DNA from: Dehalococcoidia bacterium
GTDB lineage: Bacteria > Chloroflexota > Dehalococcoidia > Lucifugimonadales > UBA2962
DNA length: 64,000 bases
Assembly: GCA_965207145.1 (NCBI GenBank)
Contig: OZ242262.1
Coordinates: 2,411,947-2,475,946 of the forward strand
Reading direction: 5' to 3'
Part shown: positions 9,305-19,056 of the stretch, piece by piece
Position numbering within the stretch: position 1 is the first letter of the stretch
How the letters are laid out: every line of letters begins with the position of its first letter
The notes under the pieces: generated by a model
What the model was told of the DNA's origin: nothing
The model's input: only the letters and a program-made list of their open reading frames with translations
Database searches by the model: none
Translations under genes and position numbers: made by a program

Positions 9305-10330
9305 TCAACCCTGTTCACCACACCAGGCTAGAGCCCGGCTCTCCAGACTGTTCACCCAGGGGCCCTTTGCATTCATGTACGCAATCCGGTCTCCCGGGTA
9401 TGACGCCGCAGCTTCTGCCTTGATCGATCCGTACTGGCGAGCCTCCTCAGGATGGGCCATCAGATAGTCCCGCATGGCCAGGTGGCGCCCCTCGTGAACG
9501 CTGCCTGCCTCGCACACATGTACGTGGTAGCGACGGGGCCTCTGGCGTGGCCTGCCAAAAAAATGAAAGTCGGGAATCTCAGCGTAATAGTTAAAGGCGT
9601 ACCCGATCCGCTGAAGAGGGTCCCGGTATGACGGTAAGTCAGCTATGTCTGCGACGGTGACGAGAATGTCCACGATGGGCTTTGACCGAAGTCCCCGAAC
9701 CGCTGTCGATCCTACATGGTGAATGTCGATCGCCGTGTCACCTAGTACACCGCGGATCTTCGCCGCCTCCGCCGAAAAGAGCTGGGGCCATGTCGGATCG
9801 TACGGGACGATGCGGATCGCAGGGTCCACCTCCGGGTCCCGGGGAAAATCAGCTTCAGCGTAGGCGACGTACTCTGGAACCTGGGGAATTGCCCTCACGC
9901 GTTCTCGCAGGAAGACCGGAAAGAGGCCGGCCTGCTCTAAGTCATCCAGTCGCACCCACTGGAACGTTGTGCCCAACTCTCTCCCTTCAAATGGACCTTG
10001 CCGGTGCAGAACTTCAGCCCCATGGGCGAACTCGATCATGAAGTACAGAACGATCTCCTGATATCTGACGCCATCCAACTCGAATAGGTTGTCCGCGACG
10101 ACGACGAGTCGCCCTACCGTCACCTCTTCGCCCAGTTCCTCCTTGACTTCCCTTGTCAGCGCATCGACGGCGTTCTCACCGAACTCCACACGACCGCCGG
10201 GGGCAAAACAGAATCCGTGCTCGAGATTCTTCTCGACAAGCAGGCGCTCCTCGTGCACTGCGATGCCGCCGGCGCGGTACATGAACGTGATGCCCTTGCC
10301 AGACGACATGACCATATCGACAGATGTCAT
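9305..10330 (-). CDS. NUDIX hydrolase fused to a GrpB (UPF0157) domain
   Basis: The N-terminal half carries a Nudix box, GGRVEFGENAVDALTREVKEELGEEV. The C-terminal ~180 aa (IVPYDPTWPQLF..., IHHVGSTAV, KPIVDILV, HVHV) match GrpB-family proteins. Confidence 0.8.
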   Translation of the reverse strand: MTSVDMVMSSGKGITFMYRAGGIAVHEERLLVEKNLEHGFCFAPGGRVEFGENAVDALTREVKEELGEEVTVGRLVVVADNLFELDGVRYQEIVLYFMIEFAHGAEVLHRQGPFEGRELGTTFQWVRLDDLEQAGLFPVFLRERVRAIPQVPEYVAYAEADFPRDPEVDPAIRIVPYDPTWPQLFSAEAAKIRGVLGDTAIDIHHVGSTAVRGLRSKPIVDILVTVADIADLPSYRDPLQRIGYAFNYYAEIPDFHFFGRPRQRPRRYHVHVCEAGSVHEGRHLAMRDYLMAHPEEARQYGSIKAEAAASYPGDRIAYMNAKGPWVNSLESRALAWCGEQG

Positions 10331-10461
10331 TGCGCTTGCCGTCGGCCCCCCGGCGAAAGATCTCTACCCATAGCTATGCAACGGCTTCCAGCGGGTCGCC
10401 GACGAGTAGCGGCACTTTCCTGATGTCACCGAGCTTCTCATATGCCTTATCTGGCGCCTTC

Positions 10462-10920
10462 TCAATCTTGCTCCAGGCGCTTGCCCATACTCACGACATC
10501 ATCCACCGAATATCCAATGCCCCTGTAGAACTCAACCACATCAACGTTCGAACTTCTGACCTGCAGATTGATCTTGGGACAGCCCATGTCCCTCAGAAGT
10601 TCCTCCGCTTCGCCCAACAGACAGCGAGCGAAGCCTCGCTTTCGGTACTCAGTAGCGACCGCCAGGTAGTTGACCCAACCACGATGGCCCTCGTAACCGG
10701 CCATCACGGTCGCAACCAGCTCCGAATGCAGCGTCCCAACGAGAAACAACTGACGCTGGATGCCCAGCTTTCTGCAGATGTCCTTGACTGGATCGTTCCA
10801 GGGAACCACCAGTCCACACTCGCGCCATAAGGCTACGACGTCATCCTGGTCGGATTCGCGGTAGGCCCGAATCTTTAGTTCCGTCCCGCCCTCTCTGGCC
10901 ATGTAATCGTGTTCCCCCAA
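10462..10920 (-). CDS. GNAT family N-acetyltransferase
   Basis: 152 aa. It has an acetyl-CoA loop, YLAVATEYRKRGFARCLL, and resembles small YpeA-like acetyltransferases. Confidence 0.85.
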   Translation of the reverse strand: MGEHDYMAREGGTELKIRAYRESDQDDVVALWRECGLVVPWNDPVKDICRKLGIQRQLFLVGTLHSELVATVMAGYEGHRGWVNYLAVATEYRKRGFARCLLGEAEELLRDMGCPKINLQVRSSNVDVVEFYRGIGYSVDDVVSMGKRLEQD

Positions 10921-10955
10921 CGCCGCGCTGGCTACACCTCCGTAAACGGTTCGCC

Positions 10956-12197
10956 TCAGAGAGCCGTCTTGGGGCGCTCCTTGGACGGATCCACAAATGG
11001 GACCTGGACCACCTCGGCGTCAACGATTCCATCCGGTGGCAGTTGCACCTTGACCCTTGTGCCCCGATTCCAGTGGGAGCGGGGCATGACCGCTAGGGCG
11101 ATATTCGAATCCAGGTTTGGCGACCAGAATGCACTGGTGACGTAGCCGACGTCTTCGTCGGTCTGGGCGTCCTTGACCGGGTAAAAGGCCTCGTTGTACC
11201 AGGTTATCGGGTCTCCTCCCATCTTCAGGCCAACCAGGCGCTGCGTGACGCCCTCAGCCTTGATCCTGGCCAATGCGTCTTTTCCTATGAAGCTTCGCTT
11301 GCCAAGGTCGACCTGCCAGCCGAGCCGGACCTCATAGGGGTTGTTCTCTATGTCCATGTCCTGGCCGTAGGAGAGGATCCCGGCTTCCAGGCGGCGGATG
11401 TGGCTGGGGGCGATCACCCGCAGGCCGAACTCGCCACCCTGCTCGAGGATGTAAGGCCAGATGTCGTCGGCGTATAGCGTGGCATCGTGCAGGTAGATCT
11501 CGAAGCCCACCTCGGCCGAGAAACCCGTGCGGGAGATCGTCACGGCGCGGTCGTTCAGGGTCTCATGGATCAGGCCGTAGTAAGGGATCTTCCTGAGATG
11601 GGAGCCGAACATCTTCTCCATCAGCGATGCTGACTTGGGCCCCTGTATCTGCAGTGGTGAGACGTCGATCTCGTTGATCTCGACGTTGTGCCGGGCGAAG
11701 GCGTTGACCCCCTGCGCCCAGAGAAGGACATCGGAATCGGAGATGCTCAGCCAGAACTCGTCATCGGCCACGCGCAAGAGTACCGGATCGTTGATGATGC
11801 CTCCGTGCTGGTTGCAAAGGATCACGTAGCGCGCCTGCATCGTCGGCAACAGGGTATGGACGTCACGAGTAATGAGAAGGTCCACAAAATCGGCGGCGTC
11901 CGGACCCTTGATCTGTATCTGGCGCTCGACCGCGACGTCCCACATGCTGACGTGCTGGGTGAGGTACCTGTACTCGCCCAACAGTCCTCCATCCTCGGGA
12001 CTAAAGTACGCGCGAGGGTGGTACATGTGGTTATAGGTCGTATATGCCCAGCATCCCGCCTCCTTGGACAGGTGCCACCAGGGGGACTTCCTGATGCGGG
12101 TGGATATAAGCATCCGGGCATCGCTGTTCCCGCTCTGCCGGAGATTGATCGGCACCCTGCGTCGCTTCAGACCGTCGATTGTCAGGCTGGCAGCCAT
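10956..12197 (-). CDS. aminomethyltransferase-family protein (GcvT fold; DmdA/aryl-O-demethylase-like THF-dependent demethylase)
   Basis: RIRKSPWW near the N-terminus, MWDVAVERQIQIKGPDAADFV, and NDPVLLRVADDEFWLSISDSDVLLWAQG. The C-terminal barrel resembles DmdA-type demethylases more than housekeeping GcvT. The alternative ATG at 12113 (MLISTRIRKSPWW) is plausible. Confidence 0.8.
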   Translation of the reverse strand: MAASLTIDGLKRRRVPINLRQSGNSDARMLISTRIRKSPWWHLSKEAGCWAYTTYNHMYHPRAYFSPEDGGLLGEYRYLTQHVSMWDVAVERQIQIKGPDAADFVDLLITRDVHTLLPTMQARYVILCNQHGGIINDPVLLRVADDEFWLSISDSDVLLWAQGVNAFARHNVEINEIDVSPLQIQGPKSASLMEKMFGSHLRKIPYYGLIHETLNDRAVTISRTGFSAEVGFEIYLHDATLYADDIWPYILEQGGEFGLRVIAPSHIRRLEAGILSYGQDMDIENNPYEVRLGWQVDLGKRSFIGKDALARIKAEGVTQRLVGLKMGGDPITWYNEAFYPVKDAQTDEDVGYVTSAFWSPNLDSNIALAVMPRSHWNRGTRVKVQLPPDGIVDAEVVQVPFVDPSKERPKTAL

Positions 12198-12271
12198 CTG
12201 GACACCTCCATTCGAATGGGACTCTATTACCGATTCCGCTTCGTTCCTAGGGGGCGAAAGGTCAGGGCTGG

Positions 12272-14740
12272 CTAGGCTTTCATCCGCCTGCCCTCCGGGT
12301 CGAAGAGTGGCTCACTCGCCACAGTAGCCCGGTGGCGATCGCCAAAGTAGAGGATCTCGACCTTCGTTCCGGGCTCCGCGTAGGCAAGCGGCAGATAGCC
12401 GTAGGCGATGCCGCGGTCTATGGAGTGTCCGTAGTTGGCACTGGTCACGTAGCCGAGCACCCGATCACCGTCCAGGATCGGCTCGCTGCCGACGACCACC
12501 ATGTTCCGATCGTCGAAGGTCATGCACCGCAACCTGCGCGTAAGGCCCTGCTCCCGCGATTCGCCGAGGGCCTCCCTGCCGATGAAGTCTCCCTTGCCCA
12601 TCTTCACCGCAAACCCTATGCCCGCCTCGAAGGGGTTGAACTCGGTGTGGATGTCGCTTCCCCACAGGCGGTACCCCTTCTCCAAGCGCAGCGAGTCGAA
12701 GGCGCCACCGCCGGCGGCGATGAGGCCAAGCGGCCTGCCCGCCTGCCAGAGCGTGTCCCAGAGTCGCAGCCCCTGCTCTGTGGGGGCGTAGATCTCCCAG
12801 CCCAGCTCGCCGACGTAGGAGATCCGCAGCGCCAGCGCCGGAACCTCTCCCACGCTTACGTCCTTTGCGGTCAGATATGGAAACGCACCGTTGCTCAGGT
12901 CATCCTCGCAGACGGCGCTGAGCAGGTCGCGGGCCCTGGGCCCCCAAAGGCCTATGCAGCAGAGATCGGTCGAGATGTCGGCCACGCTGACCGAGCGGTC
13001 GTTCGGTAGGTGCGACCGGATCCACTCAAGGTCGTGCAGCCCCATCGCTCCGCCGGTGACCACAAGGAATCGCTCCACGGCAAGCCGCGTGACCGTCAGG
13101 TCGCACTTTATTCCGCCGCTGGGAGTGAGCATCGACGTATACGTGATCGACCCGACTGGCCTGTCCATCTGGTTTGACGCCAGTCGCTGCAGGGCCGCGA
13201 GCGCGCCGGGGCCGGTCAACTCGAACTTGGCGAACGGGGTGAGGTCGAACAGGGCCACGCGCTCCCGGGTGGCCACGTGCTCTGCTGCGACCGTCGGCGA
13301 CCATTCCCGCGCGGCCCATCCCGTGCGAGGCCGTCCGGCGGCGGTGACGGAATCGAGTAGATCCCGGTTTGCTTCGTACCAGCGGGGACGCTCCCATCCC
13401 GCATCCTCAAAGAAAACGGCGCCGAGCTCTTTCTGCCTGCCGAAAAATGGCGTGAGCCTTATGTTTCGCGGCTCATCCGCCTGCTGGAGGGGGTGGATGA
13501 TGTCGTACACCTCGCGATATTGCCGGGAGGCGCGGGCCCGGACATACGGTCGGCCAAGGGCGTGGGGGTGGAAGCGTCGGATATCGCACTCGCGGAGATC
13601 GACGGCCGGCTCGCCGCCCACGATCCACTCGGCGACGGCCCTGCCGACGCCCCCGGCGTGCGTTATCCACACCGCCTGCGCCGACCAGAATCCCCGCACC
13701 AGGGGCGATTCGCCGAGCACGGGAAAGCCGTCGACGGTGAAAGAGAACAGGCCGTTGAACCTACGCGTCAACCCGGCACCCGAAACGCCCGGGATCACCT
13801 CCCGTGCCGCCGTCATCGCGGCCTTGAAATGACCCGGCGTAAAGGGCATCTCGGCCGGAGCGGTGCAGTCCTGTCCGTAGCGAGGGATCTCCTCGGACTC
13901 AACGAGCAGGGGTTCGTGGCGGTATGAGCCTATGCCGATCGCCTCGTTCTCCTGCCTAAAGTACATGGACCTGTCCTGGTGCCGAAGGAACGGCATGGAT
14001 ATCTCATCGGCCGCACCCGACAGCCCGGGCAAGGGCGTGGTAACAGCGTAGATGTGCTGCATCGGCGAAAGCGGAATCGGGACGCCGGCAAGAGCGCACA
14101 GCCTGGGCGCCCAGATGCCGACGGCGGATACCATCAGGTCCGTTTCAATATTTCCGCCCGTGGTGTGAACAGCGGTGACGCGCCCATTTGCGATTCCGAA
14201 GCCCGTAACCTCCACGTTGCCGTAGAATCTGGCGCCTTTGCGCTGGGCGCTGCGCGCCATCGCCTCGGCCGGCCTTATCGCCCTCGTGTGGACATCCGAG
14301 GGGACGTAGAGCGAACCCAGTATGCGCTCCGAAACCATGGGGAACAGGTCCCTCGTCTCGGCAGCGCCAAGGACATGGGCCTCGACACCCCAGCTCAGGC
14401 CGAGCCCGACCTTCCTCCTTAGGTCTGCCAGCCGCTCGGGCGTCCAGGCCACCTCCAGGCTGCCGACCGCCTTGGCACATGGAACACCGTCGAGCTCCAT
14501 TTGCGACCACAGGTCGACCGTGTAGCTCGCGAACCTCGTCATGGTCCTTGAGGGATTGATCTGGAATACGAGGCCCGGAGCGTGCGACGTGGAGCCGCCC
14601 GTCTCAAACAGCGCACCCTGGTCGACTACGACGATGTCCCGCCAGCCGAGCTCGGCCAGATGATACGCCACGCTGCACCCGGCGATCCCCGCGCCAATGA
14701 CGACAGCTTGGGCATGTCTCGGAAGCGTATCGACAGGCAT
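12272..14740 (-). CDS. FAD-dependent oxidoreductase with C-terminal GcvT domains (dimethylglycine/sarcosine dehydrogenase family)
   Basis: 822 aa. It has the N-terminal VVIGAGIAGCSVAYHLA FAD fold and a DAO domain, followed by folate-binding GcvT modules (ALFDLTPFAKFELTGPGA, SYVGELGWEIY, FDSLRLEKGY). Confidence 0.9.
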   Translation of the reverse strand: MPVDTLPRHAQAVVIGAGIAGCSVAYHLAELGWRDIVVVDQGALFETGGSTSHAPGLVFQINPSRTMTRFASYTVDLWSQMELDGVPCAKAVGSLEVAWTPERLADLRRKVGLGLSWGVEAHVLGAAETRDLFPMVSERILGSLYVPSDVHTRAIRPAEAMARSAQRKGARFYGNVEVTGFGIANGRVTAVHTTGGNIETDLMVSAVGIWAPRLCALAGVPIPLSPMQHIYAVTTPLPGLSGAADEISMPFLRHQDRSMYFRQENEAIGIGSYRHEPLLVESEEIPRYGQDCTAPAEMPFTPGHFKAAMTAAREVIPGVSGAGLTRRFNGLFSFTVDGFPVLGESPLVRGFWSAQAVWITHAGGVGRAVAEWIVGGEPAVDLRECDIRRFHPHALGRPYVRARASRQYREVYDIIHPLQQADEPRNIRLTPFFGRQKELGAVFFEDAGWERPRWYEANRDLLDSVTAAGRPRTGWAAREWSPTVAAEHVATRERVALFDLTPFAKFELTGPGALAALQRLASNQMDRPVGSITYTSMLTPSGGIKCDLTVTRLAVERFLVVTGGAMGLHDLEWIRSHLPNDRSVSVADISTDLCCIGLWGPRARDLLSAVCEDDLSNGAFPYLTAKDVSVGEVPALALRISYVGELGWEIYAPTEQGLRLWDTLWQAGRPLGLIAAGGGAFDSLRLEKGYRLWGSDIHTEFNPFEAGIGFAVKMGKGDFIGREALGESREQGLTRRLRCMTFDDRNMVVVGSEPILDGDRVLGYVTSANYGHSIDRGIAYGYLPLAYAEPGTKVEILYFGDRHRATVASEPLFDPEGRRMKA

Positions 14741-15126
14741 CTCGTATGCCCCCGCAGGCTCAGACCACGAAGTGCTACTGCATGATACGGGTTGTAGCGG
14801 ACTGTGCTCTAGGGGCCCTCCTGGTACTCAATGCCAGGATTCTCATCACTAGTTTGGTAGGCCGCTGGACTGGGAGATTTTCAGCCTGATTGTTTCAATG
14901 AGATTGGCAGGGCGAGTAGAGCGAGGCCCAGCCTGGAGACCCTCTAACCGGATCGCGGTATTCGGCTGCTCGGCGGCGGGTTCTGCCCGTAGCGCCTACG
15001 TACTTGATGTCACCTTGTCAGCGATGGGTTGCATCACCTCCCGGCTTGCGGCGTGGGATACACTGCGGCAGGCTGGGAAGGCAGGCCTCACGACCTTCAA
15101 AACGTCCAAATCCAGGAGGAAACTGA

Positions 15127-16290
15127 ATGGCGGACGTCCCCTTGTTCCCCGTAACGGTCGTTGGAAGCTGGCCCCGCTCCACCGATCTGGTTCGGGCCCT
15201 GCGTCGCAAAGAAACGGGCGAGATCTCCCTGGATGATTTCAACTCCGTGGCCGACGGCGAAGTCCTGGCCTGCATCCGGGCACAGGAAGCGGCAGGGGTG
15301 GACATCGTAAGCGACGGGGAGCAGCGCCGGGACAACTTCTACTCCTTTGCCGTGGACAAGCTGACGGGCATGCGGCTGATGAAGGTTTCGGAGCTACTGG
15401 ACTATTCCCGGGATCGGGCCCGGATGGAAGAGATGCTGCGGGCCTTGGACGTTCCGTCTTTTGCAATCAAGAGCCCCATCGTGGTTGACCGCATTGGGAA
15501 GCGTCAGGGACTGGCTCTCGATGAACTGGCCTTCATGCGGGAGCACACTGATCGGCAAATCAAGATTCCCCTACCCGGTCCCTATATGCTGACCCGCTCC
15601 AGCTGGTTCGAAGGTCTCTCCGACCGGGTTTATCCCGATCCCGAAGACTTGGCCGCCGACGTGGTGGCCATCCTCCGAGAAGAGATAATCTCTTTGCGCG
15701 ACGGGGGCTGCGACTTCGTTCAGTTGGATGAGCCCATCCTCAGCCAGGTGGTGTTCGGCGAGGAGAGCAGCGAGACCTTCATGTGCGCTGCCCTGCCCAA
15801 CCGCCGGGATCCGACTGACGAACTGGAATTCGCGGTTCGCCTGATGAACCACACCACGGAAGGAATCAGCGGAATCAGGACCGGGGTCCACGTCTGCCGC
15901 GGCAACTGGAGCCGGCGGGAAGACGTGCTGCTTACCGGCAACTACGGGCCTATGCTGCCCTACCTTACACAGATGAACATCGATCAGCTGGTGCTGGAGT
16001 GCGCCACGCCCCGGGCGGGCGAGATGGACGTTTTCAAGGAATACGATAACAAGCAGGAAATCGGCTTCGGAGTGGTGAATCCTCGGACCGACGACATCGA
16101 ACCTCAGGAGCAGATCGTCGCCCGGGTCAAGGAGCTCCTTCAGTACTTCGACCGGGACAAAATCTACCTCAACCCGGACTGCGGCTTCGGTACCTTCGCC
16201 GAAAGAAACGTCAACACCCACGAGATCGCCTCCAGGAAAATGCAGGTGATCGCCCGGGCCGCAGAACAGCTCAGGGCGGAGTATCGGTAA
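15127..16290 (+). CDS. MetE C-terminal-domain-like methyltransferase (cobalamin-independent methionine synthase family, COG0620)
   Basis: VVGSWPRS, DIVSDGEQRRDNFYSF, the Zn/thiol-binding signatures VHVCRGN and NPDCGF. A strong AGGAGG lies 7 nt upstream of the ATG. Confidence 0.85.
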   Translation: MADVPLFPVTVVGSWPRSTDLVRALRRKETGEISLDDFNSVADGEVLACIRAQEAAGVDIVSDGEQRRDNFYSFAVDKLTGMRLMKVSELLDYSRDRARMEEMLRALDVPSFAIKSPIVVDRIGKRQGLALDELAFMREHTDRQIKIPLPGPYMLTRSSWFEGLSDRVYPDPEDLAADVVAILREEIISLRDGGCDFVQLDEPILSQVVFGEESSETFMCAALPNRRDPTDELEFAVRLMNHTTEGISGIRTGVHVCRGNWSRREDVLLTGNYGPMLPYLTQMNIDQLVLECATPRAGEMDVFKEYDNKQEIGFGVVNPRTDDIEPQEQIVARVKELLQYFDRDKIYLNPDCGFGTFAERNVNTHEIASRKMQVIARAAEQLRAEYR

Positions 16291-16329
16291 CGGCAGAATT
16301 CGGGATTTCACCGGATAAGACCAAAGGAG

Positions 16330-16869
16330 TTGGAATTGGCAGAAGAAAGAGACCTTAACGGACTGCCTCGGGAGAAACTGGTCGAAGTCCTGGATTCCTT
16401 TAGGGACCCGGACGTCTTTGATGCGGTAACCGGACCCTGGAAGTCGCGAGTGGTCTGGCAGGACGGGATGCGGGCGCGCGCCTACATGCGTAACCATCAG
16501 GTTGACATGGACGAGCCAGGCGACCTGACCGCCACCGACGTCGCCGCCAGCGCCCACGAGCAGTTGCTGTCGGCCATCGGCAGCTGTATGACCGTGGGCT
16601 TCGTGGTCAACGCCACTAGGCAGGGAGTTCGCGTCCTTGACCTGGAGGTGGCCGTCGAAGGGTATTTCGACAACATCCGCAAGTGGGCCGGGGTCGCGGA
16701 CGAGGGAAACCCGGGTTACGGGAGGATTTCGGCCAAGTGCTTCGTGCGCGCCGACGCAGACGAGGAGACCCTGCGAGGAATCTGGCGTCTGGCGGTGGAG
16801 GGCTCCCCGGTCACGCAGTCGGTAGCCAACCCGACCTCGGTCGAGACCGACTTTGAAATGGTCGGTTAG
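16330..16869 (+). CDS. OsmC/Ohr family protein
   Basis: LLSAIGSCMTVGF and a second Cys (AKCFVRA) in an OsmC-like arrangement. The AAGGAG directly abuts the TTG at 16330, so the TTG at 16336 may be the real start. Confidence 0.8.
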   Translation: MELAEERDLNGLPREKLVEVLDSFRDPDVFDAVTGPWKSRVVWQDGMRARAYMRNHQVDMDEPGDLTATDVAASAHEQLLSAIGSCMTVGFVVNATRQGVRVLDLEVAVEGYFDNIRKWAGVADEGNPGYGRISAKCFVRADADEETLRGIWRLAVEGSPVTQSVANPTSVETDFEMVG

Positions 16870-17642
16870 TGGCCACATTCGTTTCGGCGGATTGGGTCTC
16901 TGATCACATCGGCCGGCCGGGATACCTGATAGTTGACCCCCGCTCGGCCATGCAATACCTAATGGGCCACCTGAGAGGGGCGGTCAGCGTTCCCTTAAGG
17001 GAGCTGCAGTGCCCGGACGGGCGTCTCGGCCAGCCGGAGCAGCTTGCCGCCGTCTTTGGCAAGGCAGGGCTGGGCGACGGCGTGTCCCCGGTGCTCTACG
17101 ACCATCGGGATGGCCGCAATGCAGCCATGGCAGCGTGGGTCCTGGAATACCTAGGCCGCGGCGACGTTCACGTCATGGACTTGCTCTACGACGCCTGGAA
17201 GGACCAGGGCCGGGAGGTTCTGTACAAGCCCGTCCCAACCGAGCCGAAACTCTTCTCGGTGTGCCTCAACCCGTCCGTGCGAGCCACCATGAACGAGGTG
17301 GCCGATTCCGGCGCTACGAGACTGTTGGATATCCGCTCCCCGGAGGAGTTTCTCGGACAAGCAGAAATGGACCATCGCCCAGGGCACATTCCCGGCGCCG
17401 TAAATCTTCCCCACTCGGAACTGGCCGGCGCCGATGGGAGGCTTCTCATTGAGCCAGGTCTGCTTCGCCAGCGGCTGGCAGCCGCGAGTATCACTCCTTG
17501 CGACCCTGTGGTGGCCTACTGCAGGAGCGGAGTCCGAGCCTCGCTGGCCTACCTCTCTATGCAGCAGGCCGGATACGACGTCCGCCTCTACGACGGCTCT
17601 TACGCGGAATGGATGGACAGCGGGAATAGCGTGGAAATCTAG
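16869..17642 (+). CDS. rhodanese-domain sulfurtransferase (tandem rhodanese, thiosulfate/3-mercaptopyruvate type)
   Basis: Two rhodanese domains, with the active-site loop CRSGVRAS in the C-terminal one. The GTG start overlaps the osmC-like stop (TAGTG). Confidence 0.88.
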   Translation: MATFVSADWVSDHIGRPGYLIVDPRSAMQYLMGHLRGAVSVPLRELQCPDGRLGQPEQLAAVFGKAGLGDGVSPVLYDHRDGRNAAMAAWVLEYLGRGDVHVMDLLYDAWKDQGREVLYKPVPTEPKLFSVCLNPSVRATMNEVADSGATRLLDIRSPEEFLGQAEMDHRPGHIPGAVNLPHSELAGADGRLLIEPGLLRQRLAAASITPCDPVVAYCRSGVRASLAYLSMQQAGYDVRLYDGSYAEWMDSGNSVEI

Positions 17643-18154
17643 CCCGTCTCAGCCAAACCCCTTCCTCCTCAGGAAGGCGGAGATCCTCCCGGGCCCGGTG
17701 CGGGGGCTGTCAGAGTTCACAGGTGAGACCTTCGGTCCAGGAGTCAAGAGGCCATTCAGCCGAACGGCACTTCGCCAAGTCCCTTCCATGTAGTCGAGTG
17801 CGTAGGACAGGACCCACATCTGGCGCCGTATCCCGGAGGCTTAGTCGGCCCAAGGGCTACGAATCGACTTGCCAAAGAGGGTTAGAGTTCGTCAGGCAAG
17901 AGTGCGTCGACCCGTGACCGGCGCGCCGCGAGAGCGACCCGCTCCCCCCAATTCTTATGCCACCTGCAGGCTGGATAGTCCGAGTCGTGCGGCCTAACGC
18001 CGAATGTGGCGCAGGATGATATCGGCCGACGCGTCAGCCTTCCCGTTCACATGGTCCGGAAATGGCGCTTGGCGCGAGTGTCCAGCGAACCCTATCTCCG
18101 GGGCGATGAGACGCCGCCCTTCCCCTACGCACTGACGGGGAGCCGTTCGTTCCC

Positions 18155-18811
18155 CTAGTTGCTCAACCGGAAGGGAGGATACCGGTCTGTCGTCATCAGG
18201 AAGGCGTAAGCGCCCACACGATAGCCCCACCGCATCACGCCCACGACGAAATCGAACAACCCCCGCGGGTATCGGCCCGTTACCAGGATCAACACCCAGG
18301 CCAGTATGGTGACCAGGATTGCCACGACCACAAGAACGGCGAGAGCAATGTAGTGAGGAATAGCCAGTAGCCATTTTACGATCGGCAGGAACCGGTTCAG
18401 ATCACTCTCGGCGTTTGGATATTCAATGTGCAGGTGCACGGACTGCTCTTCGTCCGTGGACGGATACTCGTCACGTAGCAGCAACACGTATGCCTCTATC
18501 CTCGCGGCAAACCGGCTGAGCTCCAGATTCCAGTTGAACCACCACTTCGGATACTTTTTGCGGAACAGGATCATCAGCAGGGGTCCGAAGACCAAGAACC
18601 CGCCAGCATAGATGGGCATGAGCGCCTCGTTAAGTTCCGGGTCTCCCATGTCGAAAAAGCCGCCTATGAACGCGGACAACACGAGGATTGGTATGGCCAG
18701 AATTATTCGCGGCAAGACCGACAGCCGGTTGCTCGATTCCTGGTAGTCGACAGAAAACTGCACCGGATAGTCGGATCTACCCGCTTCATTCTGGGAGTCG
18801 CTGTTCACCAT
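18155..18811 (-). CDS. DUF4389 domain-containing membrane protein
   Basis: YPVQFSVDY...RLSVLPRIILAIPILV and a second hydrophobic module LLAIPHYIALAVL...LVTGRYPRGLFDF...RYPPF. GGAGGG lies 4 nt upstream of the ATG. Confidence 0.75.
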   Translation of the reverse strand: MVNSDSQNEAGRSDYPVQFSVDYQESSNRLSVLPRIILAIPILVLSAFIGGFFDMGDPELNEALMPIYAGGFLVFGPLLMILFRKKYPKWWFNWNLELSRFAARIEAYVLLLRDEYPSTDEEQSVHLHIEYPNAESDLNRFLPIVKWLLAIPHYIALAVLVVVAILVTILAWVLILVTGRYPRGLFDFVVGVMRWGYRVGAYAFLMTTDRYPPFRLSN

Positions 18812-19056
18812 AAAGCCCTCCGTGTAAACCTGCTACGCGGCCCCTAGGCCAGCGGCGCGCAGCATAGCAGAATGAGGCAGTACCTTCCTCCAATTCCACT
18901 CCTGCGAATGCGGCCATACGGCTCTCTATCGGAAGATAGGGCGGCCACTAGCCGGAAACCTAGTTGAAAGTGAAATAGGTGACGATGTCTGGGGGCGGCG
19001 CAAGGCCGTGGGGAGGAGGAAGGTGTCTGAGCCGGAGGTCTAGCGGCACGTCAAGT

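Noticed and set aside
14930-14945. AGCCUGGAGACCCUCU upstream of the MetE-like gene partly resembles the cobalamin-riboswitch B12 box (AGYCMGGAGACCKGCC).
   Set aside because: Several consensus positions are mismatched, and the conserved GCCACUG and GGGAA...GGUG...AAUCC core elements are missing from the 386-nt leader.
15571-16878. Very long antisense ORFs (435 aa here; also 61110..62519 at 469 aa, 24326..25453 at 375 aa, 18979..20022 at 347 aa, 59910..60863 at 317 aa, 49785..50636 at 283 aa and 102..884 at 260 aa).
   Set aside because: They lie opposite genes with clear family motifs. Their translations are Arg/Gly/Pro/Ala-rich with no recognisable domains. This is the expected stop-codon-poor shadow-frame artefact of high-GC DNA.
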